Origin: Eubacteriales bacterium
GTDB taxonomy: Bacteria > Bacillota > Clostridia > Oscillospirales > CAG-272
Reading direction: 5' to 3'
Length of the DNA: 64,000 nt
Assembly (NCBI GenBank): GCA_045650025.1
Contig: JAZRQR010000020.1
Location: 11,077 to 75,076, forward strand
Shown here: positions 1-7,352 of the stretch, piece after piece
How positions within the stretch are numbered: position 1 is the first letter of the stretch
Layout of the letters: each line of letters starts with the position of its first letter
Position numbers and translations under genes: made by a program
Notes under the pieces: generated by a model
Told to the model about the DNA's origin: nothing
The model's database searches: none
The model's input: the letters and a program-made list of their open reading frames with translations, nothing else

Positions 1-1
1 G

Positions 2-733
2 CCCAAGATCGCGGATTATCACTTTACCACGCTGTCTCCCAATCTGGGTGTGGTCAGCACGGGCGGTGAGAGCGGCTTTGTGGCGGCGGACATTCCCGGT
101 CTGATCGAGGGCGCGGCAGACGGTGCGGGTCTGGGACACGCCTTTTTGCGCCACGTAGACCGTTGCAGTCTGCTCTTGCACGTCGTAGACGTTGCGTCCG
201 TAGAATACAGAGATCCCATTGAAGACATCAAGACCATCAATACCGAGCTGCAGCGTTATTCGCCCGAGCTTGCCACCCGTCCGCAGATCATTATTGCCAA
301 CAAGATCGACGTGCTGGATCCCGAGCAGGTGGACGTGGAAGCGTTTGAGGCGTTTGTCAAGGAAAACGGCTGGGAGCTGATGTACGTATCTGCGGCAACA
401 GGGCAGGGACTTCCCGAAATGATCCGCCGCGTAGCGGATCGCTTGGTGGATCTGCCGCCCATGACCATTTACGCAGCCGAGTATGCAGAGGAAGACGCAT
501 ACGTGGGCGGCGGTAAGGATACGACCATTACCTATGACCACGGCGTATATTACGTGGAGGGCGAATGGCTGTATAACTTGATGGGTACTATCAATTTCAG
601 CGATTACGAATCGCTCAATTACTTCCAGAAGGTACTGCAGAAGAGCGGCGTATTTGAGGCGCTGGAAAAGAAAGGCTGCCGTGACGGTGACACCGTTGCG
701 ATTTACGACTTTGAATTTGACTATGTAAAATAA
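2..733 (+). CDS. obg: GTPase Obg, C-terminal part (5' end lies outside window)
   Basis: Frame open to window edge; DIPGLIEGA (G3), NKID (G4), SAATG (G5) motifs; C-terminal OCT-like domain. Confidence 0.9.
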   Translation, partial: PKIADYHFTTLSPNLGVVSTGGESGFVAADIPGLIEGAADGAGLGHAFLRHVDRCSLLLHVVDVASVEYRDPIEDIKTINTELQRYSPELATRPQIIIANKIDVLDPEQVDVEAFEAFVKENGWELMYVSAATGQGLPEMIRRVADRLVDLPPMTIYAAEYAEEDAYVGGGKDTTITYDHGVYYVEGEWLYNLMGTINFSDYESLNYFQKVLQKSGVFEALEKKGCRDGDTVAIYDFEFDYVK

Positions 734-765
734 GGAGGCTTAGCGTGAAAGCGCAGGAACCTGTT

Positions 766-854
766 CTGTTCAGTATGCATTCACGCATAAACCTCACCTA
801 AAAATGGGTCCCATCCCATTTTTGGAGCAAAGCTCCACGGTGAAGTTTCAAAAC
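766..854 (+). promoter_or_regulatory. Repeated structured leader element, copy 1 (three-way junction upstream of ppa)
   Basis: 90% identical over 89 nt to 6629-6717; P1 789-798/839-848, P2 800-808/815-823, P3 824-828/832-836. Confidence 0.5.
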
Positions 855-888
855 TATTTACGCCGCCATGAGCGGCATGGAGGTTATT

Positions 889-1434
889 ATGAACATTTGG
901 CATGACATCGATCCCGCAGAGATCACCCCTGACAAATTTACGGGTGTCATTGAAATCCCCAAGGGAAGCAAGTGTAAGTATGAAATGGACAAGAAGACCG
1001 GTCTTTGCCGTCTTGACAGAATCCTGTATACCGCAACGCACTATCCCGCAAACTACGGCTTTATTCCGCGCACCTATGCGGACGACGGAGACCCGCTGGA
1101 CGTGCTGGTGCTTTGCGGCGAGTCGATCTATCCCATGACGCTGATTGACGTATATCCCATCGGCGTGGTGCGAATGATTGACGGCGGTAAGCTGGACGAT
1201 AAGATCATCGCCCTGCCTTGCAACGACCCTACCTACCGTGAAGTTACCTCGCTGGATGAGCTGCCCGCGCACGTATTTGATGAAATTATGCACTTTTTCA
1301 TCGTGTACAAGCAGTTGGAGAACAAGCAGACCGCTGTTAAGGAGCTGCACAGCGCAGCAGAAGCAAAGGTCATTATCCAGGCGGCTATTGATAAGTATAA
1401 CGAGCTGGAAGCAGAAGGCGCTTTCAAAAAGTAA
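889..1434 (+). CDS. ppa: Inorganic pyrophosphatase, family I
   Basis: MNIWHDI...IEIPKGSKCKYE...YPANYGFIP..DGDPLDVLV motifs; GGAGG 6 nt upstream of ATG 889 (ORF track start 868 trimmed). Confidence 0.9.
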   Translation: MNIWHDIDPAEITPDKFTGVIEIPKGSKCKYEMDKKTGLCRLDRILYTATHYPANYGFIPRTYADDGDPLDVLVLCGESIYPMTLIDVYPIGVVRMIDGGKLDDKIIALPCNDPTYREVTSLDELPAHVFDEIMHFFIVYKQLENKQTAVKELHSAAEAKVIIQAAIDKYNELEAEGAFKK

Positions 1435-1442
1435 TCATAAAA

Positions 1443-1477
1443 AGAACGGCAAGCTGCGTGCTTGCCGTTCTTTTTTG
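1443..1477 (+). terminator. Rho-independent terminator after ppa
   Basis: 12-bp perfect stem AGAACGGCAAGC/GCTTGCCGTTCT, 5-nt loop, T-run. Confidence 0.8.
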
Positions 1478-1488
1478 GCGCGATTCTC

Positions 1489-1517
1489 TTGAAAACGTGC
1501 GGGGTTCGTGCTATAAT
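1489..1517 (+). promoter_or_regulatory. SigA-type promoter TTGAAA-N17-TATAAT
   Basis: Hexamers at 1489-1494 and 1512-1517, 17-nt spacer, 25 nt upstream of ATG 1543. Confidence 0.7.
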
Positions 1518-1542
1518 AAGCATAGAAAGTGAGGGGAAGAGT

Positions 1543-2022
1543 ATGACCCGTATTATGTTCGTCTGCCACGGCAACATCTGCCGCAGTCCCATGGCGGAAT
1601 TCGTGCTGAAAAAGATGGTGTCGGAACGGGGCGTTGCCGATCAGTTTGTGATCGCATCAAGCGCCACCAGCACCGAGGAGATCTGGGGCGGCGTGGGCAA
1701 CCCCGTCTATCCGCCCGCCAAGGCAGAGCTTGCAAAGCACGGCATCTCCTGCGAGGGTAAGCGTGCCGTGCAGCTGACACGCGCCGATTATGACAAATAC
1801 GACCTGTTTGTGGGCATGGACAGTGCCAATATCCGCAATATGCACCGTATCCTGGGCGGTGACGCGCAGGGGAAAATTTGCAAGCTGATGGATTATACCG
1901 ACCGCGGAGGTGACGTTGCCGACCCGTGGTACACCAGAGATTTTGCCACCACATACCGCGACGTGACCGACGGTTGCCGTGGGTTGTTGCATACTTTACT
2001 TTGTAAAGGAGAATCTATATGA
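1543..2022 (+). CDS. Low-molecular-weight protein-tyrosine phosphatase
   Basis: CHGNICRSP (CX5R-S) P-loop and DPWY aspartate loop; start trimmed because promoter lies inside ORF-track extension. Confidence 0.9.
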   Translation: MTRIMFVCHGNICRSPMAEFVLKKMVSERGVADQFVIASSATSTEEIWGGVGNPVYPPAKAELAKHGISCEGKRAVQLTRADYDKYDLFVGMDSANIRNMHRILGGDAQGKICKLMDYTDRGGDVADPWYTRDFATTYRDVTDGCRGLLHTLLCKGESI

Positions 2023-2552
2023 ATTTCACCGAAATTGCCAATACGCGCCAATCCTGCCGCAGCTATGACGCGGCAAGAGCGGTCGAACAGGAAAAGTTAG
2101 ATGCTATTTTAGCCTCCGCACGTCTTGCCCCCTCTGCATGCAATGCGCAGCCCTATCATATCACGGTCTGTCGCGGTGCAGCTGCTGCTAAGGTAGCAAA
2201 AGAAGTGCAGGGCATGGGCATGAATAAATTCGCCACCGATGCACCCGTGCTGCTGGTGATTTCCGAGGAGAATTATAACAAAACCGCTGCTTTAGGTGCA
2301 AAGCTCAAGCATAACGATTATCGATCCATCGACATTGGCATCATGACCGCATACCTGACTGCCGAAGCCACCGCGCAAGGGCTGGAGACATGCATTCTCG
2401 GTTGGCTGGACGATGCCGCCATCCGTAAGATCTGCGGTCTTTCGTACCCCGTGCGCCTGGTGATCACGTTGGGATATGCCAAGGCGGATGACAAGCTGCG
2501 CCCCAAAAAGCGCAAGAATATGGACGAGCTGGTAACCTTTTTGGAGGAATGA
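2019..2552 (+). CDS. Nitroreductase family protein
   Basis: 177 aa; N-terminal RQSCRSY and PSACNAQP motifs typical of NADH/FMN nitroreductase fold; ATGA overlap with upstream gene. Confidence 0.75.
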   Translation: MNFTEIANTRQSCRSYDAARAVEQEKLDAILASARLAPSACNAQPYHITVCRGAAAAKVAKEVQGMGMNKFATDAPVLLVISEENYNKTAALGAKLKHNDYRSIDIGIMTAYLTAEATAQGLETCILGWLDDAAIRKICGLSYPVRLVITLGYAKADDKLRPKKRKNMDELVTFLEE

Positions 2553-4147
2553 CAATGAGAGTGGAGCAAATTATCGCGACCCCTACGCAGATCGAGCTGC
2601 TCATTCCCGAGCTGCCCTTGGTCTCCAAGGTGTATGCCGAGGCGAGATTGCCGCTGGTAACGGGGGATGCGCGCCGCGTCCATCACGGCAGGATCGTGGC
2701 GGTGACCGAGAAAAAGCAAAAGCGCAGCATTGTGTTTGAGCGCTTTGCGGGAGACCTGGATCTGCTGATCTGCCGCTTTGAAGCGGTGGTTGGCGGTGAG
2801 ATTCTGGATGGCGTGCGCTACGTCACCGATATGACGCCCGCATGCTCGGCGTGCGCGCCCGCACCGTTTGCGGTCAAGCGCCCCGTTGGCACCTGGGTAA
2901 CCTCCACAGCAGAGGATATCGACTATCTTGGCATGGGGGCGATGATGACCGAGATCAACAGCCCCTGGATTCAGACGCTGGAGACCGAGGGAAGCATTGC
3001 GCACACCTTTTGCGGACAGACCTATTATTTTGATAAGCCCACCATGGATCTGTATGATCGCCTCATGCAGCCCTGCATTGAGCGCGGCGTGCCGTGCCTG
3101 ATCCGCATGATCAACCGTTTTTCCTATCGCCTCAAGGGCTCGGACGATGCGCTGACCAAGATCATCGGGCACCCGGGCTACGAATCGACCGGTTTTAATG
3201 AGCAAATGAGCGCGTTCAATCTGCGCACCGAGCAGGGGCTTTGGATGTACTGCGCCTTTATCGATTTTATCTGCGCACGCTATATGGATGCCGCAAGCCC
3301 GCTGTTTTGCAGCGACGTCATGGACGTGGGCAACGAGATCAACGCCCAGGATACCTGGCACAACATGGGCGCAATGACCTGCGCGGCGTTTATGGAGGAA
3401 TATACCGTGTCCTTGCGTCTGGCGCACCTGATCGCACGCAAATACAATGCTAATTCGCGTGTGAATATGTCGCTTGACCACTATTTTGCCACCGCGCTTA
3501 AGGACGAGCCGATGCATATGTACCACGGGCGCGCGTGCCTTGCGTACCTTGCCGAGTATTGCAGGCGCGACGGTGATTTTGATTGGGGCATTGCGGCGCA
3601 TCCGTACCCCGAAAACCTTACCAAGCCGGATTTTTACCACGACACCACCGCCACCTACGATTGGAACACGCCGCGCATTACCATGAAGAACATTGAAATG
3701 CTGCAGGCGCTTGTGGAGCTGCCGCAGCTCCTTTATCGCGGCAAGTCGCGCCGCATCGTGTGCGACGAGCAGGGCTTCCATACCGATTACAACGACCCCG
3801 AATCCGAAAACAAGGGCGCATATGCGTTCGTGCTGTGCATGCAAAAGCTGCGCAATTGCCCCAATATCGATCTGTTTCTGATCAACCGCTATGCCGACAT
3901 GCCGCTGGGCGATGAGGGCGGCTTGCATCTGGGCTTGCGCTACGAAAAGGGCTATGCGGACGATATTCACCTTTTGATCGCCCCCGGTGACTACAAAAAG
4001 ATCTGCTATGCCATGATCGATCTGTGGACCGAAAACGAGCAAAAATGGATCGATCAGGCAAAGGAATACATTGGAGAGGCGCTGTACGAAAGCCTTTTAT
4101 CGCCCGTATTGCCGGGAGATGCTGACGTGGAGGAATGGAAGCAATGA
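2549..4147 (+). CDS. Hypothetical protein, clan GH-A-like TIM-barrel (possibly DUF5722-type)
   Basis: 532 aa; GNEINAQ (acid/base-like NE) and CDEQGF (nucleophile-like E) spaced as in GH-A barrels; family assignment from memory only. Confidence 0.45.
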   Translation: MTMRVEQIIATPTQIELLIPELPLVSKVYAEARLPLVTGDARRVHHGRIVAVTEKKQKRSIVFERFAGDLDLLICRFEAVVGGEILDGVRYVTDMTPACSACAPAPFAVKRPVGTWVTSTAEDIDYLGMGAMMTEINSPWIQTLETEGSIAHTFCGQTYYFDKPTMDLYDRLMQPCIERGVPCLIRMINRFSYRLKGSDDALTKIIGHPGYESTGFNEQMSAFNLRTEQGLWMYCAFIDFICARYMDAASPLFCSDVMDVGNEINAQDTWHNMGAMTCAAFMEEYTVSLRLAHLIARKYNANSRVNMSLDHYFATALKDEPMHMYHGRACLAYLAEYCRRDGDFDWGIAAHPYPENLTKPDFYHDTTATYDWNTPRITMKNIEMLQALVELPQLLYRGKSRRIVCDEQGFHTDYNDPESENKGAYAFVLCMQKLRNCPNIDLFLINRYADMPLGDEGGLHLGLRYEKGYADDIHLLIAPGDYKKICYAMIDLWTENEQKWIDQAKEYIGEALYESLLSPVLPGDADVEEWKQ

Positions 4148-4818
4148 ATAAAGGAAAATTAGCAGTTTCGGGCTTGATTAAATATCTGCTTGGCGTGGTG
4201 CTGGTGGCGGCGCTTTTGCTGCTGCCCGCGTGGACGCTTGCGTACCCCGGCGCGTGGTTGTTTATGGGTGTGCTGTTTTTGCCCATGCTGGTCATGGGCG
4301 TGGTCATGCTATTTCGCGCGCCTGATCTGCTTGCCAAGCGTCTGGATAGCAAGGAAAAGCAAAAAACGCAGCAGGGCGTGGTCAAGCTGGCGGGACTTGT
4401 CTTTGTGGGCGGCTTTGTGCTGTGCGCGCTGGATTTTCGCTTTGGCTGGTCGCACGTGTCCACTTGGCTGATGATCGCTGCCGCCGTCATATTTCTGATC
4501 GGCTACGGCATGTATGCCGAGGTCATGCGTGAAAATGCGTATCTCTCGCGCACCATTGGGGTACAAGAGGGGCAAAGTGTGGTCAGCACGGGGCTTTACG
4601 GTGTGGTGCGCCACCCCATGTATCTTGCCACGCTACTCATGTTTTTGCCCATGCCGCTGATTTTGCAATCGCTTTGGGGGCTTTGCGTGTTCGGCTGGTA
4701 TGCGGTGCTGATCGCAGTCCGCATTCTCAACGAGGAAAAGGTGCTGAGTGCGGAGCTGGACGGCTACGCAGAGTATAAGCAAAAAGTCAAATATAGAATG
4801 ATACCGTTTATCTGGTAA
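4135..4818 (+). CDS. Isoprenylcysteine carboxyl / phospholipid methyltransferase family membrane protein
   Basis: Multi-TM; GLYGVVRHPMYLATLLMF motif; start could be ATG 4144. Confidence 0.7.
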   Translation: MEAMNKGKLAVSGLIKYLLGVVLVAALLLLPAWTLAYPGAWLFMGVLFLPMLVMGVVMLFRAPDLLAKRLDSKEKQKTQQGVVKLAGLVFVGGFVLCALDFRFGWSHVSTWLMIAAAVIFLIGYGMYAEVMRENAYLSRTIGVQEGQSVVSTGLYGVVRHPMYLATLLMFLPMPLILQSLWGLCVFGWYAVLIAVRILNEEKVLSAELDGYAEYKQKVKYRMIPFIW

Positions 4819-4825
4819 AAGAAAA

Positions 4826-4850
4826 GGGAGATCCCCGCAAGGGATCTCCC
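4826..4850. terminator. Bidirectional hairpin between convergent genes
   Basis: GGGAGATCCC-CGCAA-GGGATCTCCC, A-run upstream and T-rich downstream. Confidence 0.7.
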
Positions 4851-4855
4851 GAATT

Positions 4856-5998
4856 TTATTTGAACAACTCCGCCGTGGTCTTCATTTTCTCAATGACCGG
4901 CACGTCAAACGGGCAGCGGGATTCGCACGCGCCGCACCCAAGGCAATCATCCGCGTGGGCATCGAGATGGACGTAATGCTCCTTGACCGATGCGGGCACG
5001 TCCTCCTGCATGGTCGCCAGGTCGTAGAGCTTGTTGACCATGGCAATATCAATGTTAACAGGGCAGGGCTTGCAATGTCCGCAATAGGTGCACTGTCCGC
5101 TGTAGGCGTGTCTGGGCGCGTTTGCAAGCACGGTGGCGTAGTCCTTCTGATCCTCGGTCGCGCTCTCGTAAGCCAGCGATGCGGGGATCTGCGAAACGTT
5201 GTCAAAGCCGATCAGCACGCTGGAAACCGCAGGGCGGGTCAGGGCATAGTGCAGGCATTGCACAGGGGTCAGCGCCACGCCAAAGGGCGAACGCTTGGCA
5301 TCCAGCAGTCTGCCGCCGCCAAGCCCCTTCATGACCGTGATCGCCACGCCCTTTTGCTCGCAAAGCTTGTAAAGATCGGCTCTTTCCTTGTCAATGCCTG
5401 CAAATTTTGCGTCGTATTCCTCCACAAAGAAATCGTCAATGTTTTCGGTAGGGGGCAGCAGGTCGTATGCGGGGTTGAGCGAGAACAGGATCACCTCAAC
5501 TGCACCGTGCTCCACAGCCAGGCGCGCAATGGTGGTGTTATGCGTGGAAAGACCGATGTGGTGGATGGCACCCGATGCCTTCAGCTCGATCATGTAATCC
5601 ATAAATCCGCATTCCAGCACGGTCCTCCAATCCTCCAGTTTGTCCACGAAATGGATCATGCCAAGGTCGATGTAATCGGTCTGAAAACGTGCCAGCAGAT
5701 CGGCAAACGCCGCCTTGACCTCGTCCATGTCGCGCGTGCGTACGTACTGTCCGTCACGCCAGGCAGAGCCCACGTGCCCCTGTACGATCCACTTTTCGCG
5801 ATTGTCCTTGATGGCGCTACCGATATTGGTGCGCACGTTGGGCTCGGACATAAAGCAGTCCACAATGTTGATGCCCTGCGCAAAGCATTCGTCCATGACC
5901 GCCTTGACCTCCTCGGCATTGTGCCGCTCCAGCCACTCGCCGCCTACGCCGATCTCGCTGACCATCAGTCCCGTATTTCCCAAAACTCTGTATTGCAT
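4856..5998 (-). CDS. Aldo/keto reductase with C-terminal 4Fe-4S ferredoxin-like domain
   Basis: MQYRVLGNTGLMVSEIG N-terminus; CTYCGHCKPCP and CLGCGACESRCP cluster motifs; exact promoter at 6030-6058 lies inside the longer ORF-track version. Confidence 0.85.
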   Translation of the reverse strand: MQYRVLGNTGLMVSEIGVGGEWLERHNAEEVKAVMDECFAQGINIVDCFMSEPNVRTNIGSAIKDNREKWIVQGHVGSAWRDGQYVRTRDMDEVKAAFADLLARFQTDYIDLGMIHFVDKLEDWRTVLECGFMDYMIELKASGAIHHIGLSTHNTTIARLAVEHGAVEVILFSLNPAYDLLPPTENIDDFFVEEYDAKFAGIDKERADLYKLCEQKGVAITVMKGLGGGRLLDAKRSPFGVALTPVQCLHYALTRPAVSSVLIGFDNVSQIPASLAYESATEDQKDYATVLANAPRHAYSGQCTYCGHCKPCPVNIDIAMVNKLYDLATMQEDVPASVKEHYVHLDAHADDCLGCGACESRCPFDVPVIEKMKTTAELFK

Positions 5999-6029
5999 GA
6001 TAGTACCGTCCTTTGCTTGTATTGATACG

Positions 6030-6058
6030 ATTATACCACATATGAGAAAAACTGTCAA
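6030..6058 (-). promoter_or_regulatory. Exact consensus promoter TTGACA-N17-TATAAT (minus strand)
   Basis: Plus-strand ATTATA 6030-6035 and TGTCAA 6053-6058, 17-nt spacer with TGG extended -10. Confidence 0.8.
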
Positions 6059-6064
6059 TATTGC

Positions 6065-6094
6065 TTGACGGATCCGCTACTTTTGTGTTATACT
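6065..6094 (+). promoter_or_regulatory. Promoter TTGACG-N18-TATACT
   Basis: Hexamers 6065-6070 and 6089-6094, TGT extended -10; divergent from 6030-6058. Confidence 0.6.
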
Positions 6095-6122
6095 GTAAAA
6101 AACGAGAAAGGAAGATTTCACA

Positions 6123-6605
6123 ATGTTTCGTCCCATGGTTCGACAGAGCAAGCAGCTATCAAAAGAGGATTGCATTTCCGTTTTGCGCGAGCAAAAGAGA
6201 GGCGTGCTGAGCGTCAACGGTGACGACGGCTACCCCTATGCCGCGCCCATCAACTACTATTACAATCCGGAGGACGGCTGCCTGTATTTCCATACCGGCA
6301 AAAGAACCGAGAGCCACCGCACCGAATCGCTTGCCAAGTCGGATAAGGTATGCTTTTGCGTGACCGAGCAGGGAACTCCCATCCCCGGCGATTGGGCGTT
6401 GCTTGTGCGCAGCGTGGTGGTGTTCGGACGCGTGGAAATGGTGCACGACGTTGAGCGCGTGGTGCATATCTGCACGGCAATGAGCCGACAATTCACGAGT
6501 GACCAAGCGTTTATTCAACGTGAGATCGACCGCTTTGCCAAGGGCACGCTTTTGCTGAAGCTGACGCCCGAGCACATGTGCGGCAAGCGTCTGGAAGAAA
6601 AATAG
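6123..6605 (+). CDS. Pyridoxamine 5'-phosphate oxidase family (FMN-binding split barrel) protein
   Basis: 160 aa; RGVLSVNGDDGYPYAAPINY pattern typical of PNPOx/Nim-like proteins. Confidence 0.7.
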   Translation: MFRPMVRQSKQLSKEDCISVLREQKRGVLSVNGDDGYPYAAPINYYYNPEDGCLYFHTGKRTESHRTESLAKSDKVCFCVTEQGTPIPGDWALLVRSVVVFGRVEMVHDVERVVHICTAMSRQFTSDQAFIQREIDRFAKGTLLLKLTPEHMCGKRLEEK

Positions 6606-6628
6606 CCGCGAAGTTTTACTTTACTCGC

Positions 6629-6717
6629 TTGTTCAGTATGCATTCGCGCCTAAACCACACCTAAAAATGGGTCCCAACCCATTTTTGGAGCAGTGCTCCA
6701 CGGTGAGGTTTCAAAAG
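6629..6717 (+). promoter_or_regulatory. Repeated structured leader element, copy 2 (upstream of bcp)
   Basis: P1 6652-6661/6702-6711, P2 6663-6671/6678-6686, P3 6687-6691/6695-6699; SD 6721-6727. Confidence 0.5.
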
Positions 6718-6730
6718 TTAGGAGGTTATT

Positions 6731-7183
6731 ATGCTGACAGTAGGACAAAAAGCCCCGGATTTTACACTTTTCGATAAGGACGGAAACGCCGTCTCACTCT
6801 CCGACTTCCTTGGCAAAAGGGTAGTCGTATATTTCTATCCCAAGGACAACACCCCGGGATGCACGCGCCAGGCATGTGCCTTTGCGGGTGCGTATGCGCA
6901 GTTTCGGGAAAAGGACGTGGTAGTCATCGGCATCAGCCGCGACAGCGTCGCCTCGCACGTCAAGTTTGCACAGAAATACGACCTGCCGTTTATCCTGCTT
7001 TCCGACCCCGATCGCGTTGCCATTGACGCGTTTGGCGTATGGAGCGAGAAAAAGCTGTACGGTAAGCTCAGCTTTGGCGTTAACCGTACCACCTTTCTGA
7101 TCGACGAGCAGGGCATTATCACCCACGTTATGCCCAAGGTCAAGCCGGACACCAATGCCGCCGAGATTCTGGCGCTGCTTTAA
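6731..7183 (+). CDS. bcp: Thioredoxin-dependent thiol peroxidase (peroxiredoxin Bcp)
   Basis: 150 aa; PKDNTPGCTRQAC peroxidatic Cys motif. Confidence 0.9.
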   Translation: MLTVGQKAPDFTLFDKDGNAVSLSDFLGKRVVVYFYPKDNTPGCTRQACAFAGAYAQFREKDVVVIGISRDSVASHVKFAQKYDLPFILLSDPDRVAIDAFGVWSEKKLYGKLSFGVNRTTFLIDEQGIITHVMPKVKPDTNAAEILALL

Positions 7184-7352
7184 ACAGACAAAACACCTGC
7201 CTGCGCGGGTGTTTTTTCTTGCGGCAAAACCTCTGAAAAAAACTCTAAAAACCCTGCATCGTTCACAGATAGTTCACACTATTCTGCAAATTTTGTGGTA
7301 TAATGTACTATCACTAATTATGTCAACCTATAAAATCATTTGGGAGGGTATT

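Noticed and set aside
2318-4042. 574-aa ORF on the minus strand
   Set aside because: It lies entirely antisense to the better-supported 2549-4147 and 2019-2552 genes. Its composition (H/R/G/A/V/L/Q-rich, no motifs) is typical of a stop-free shadow frame in GC-rich coding DNA.
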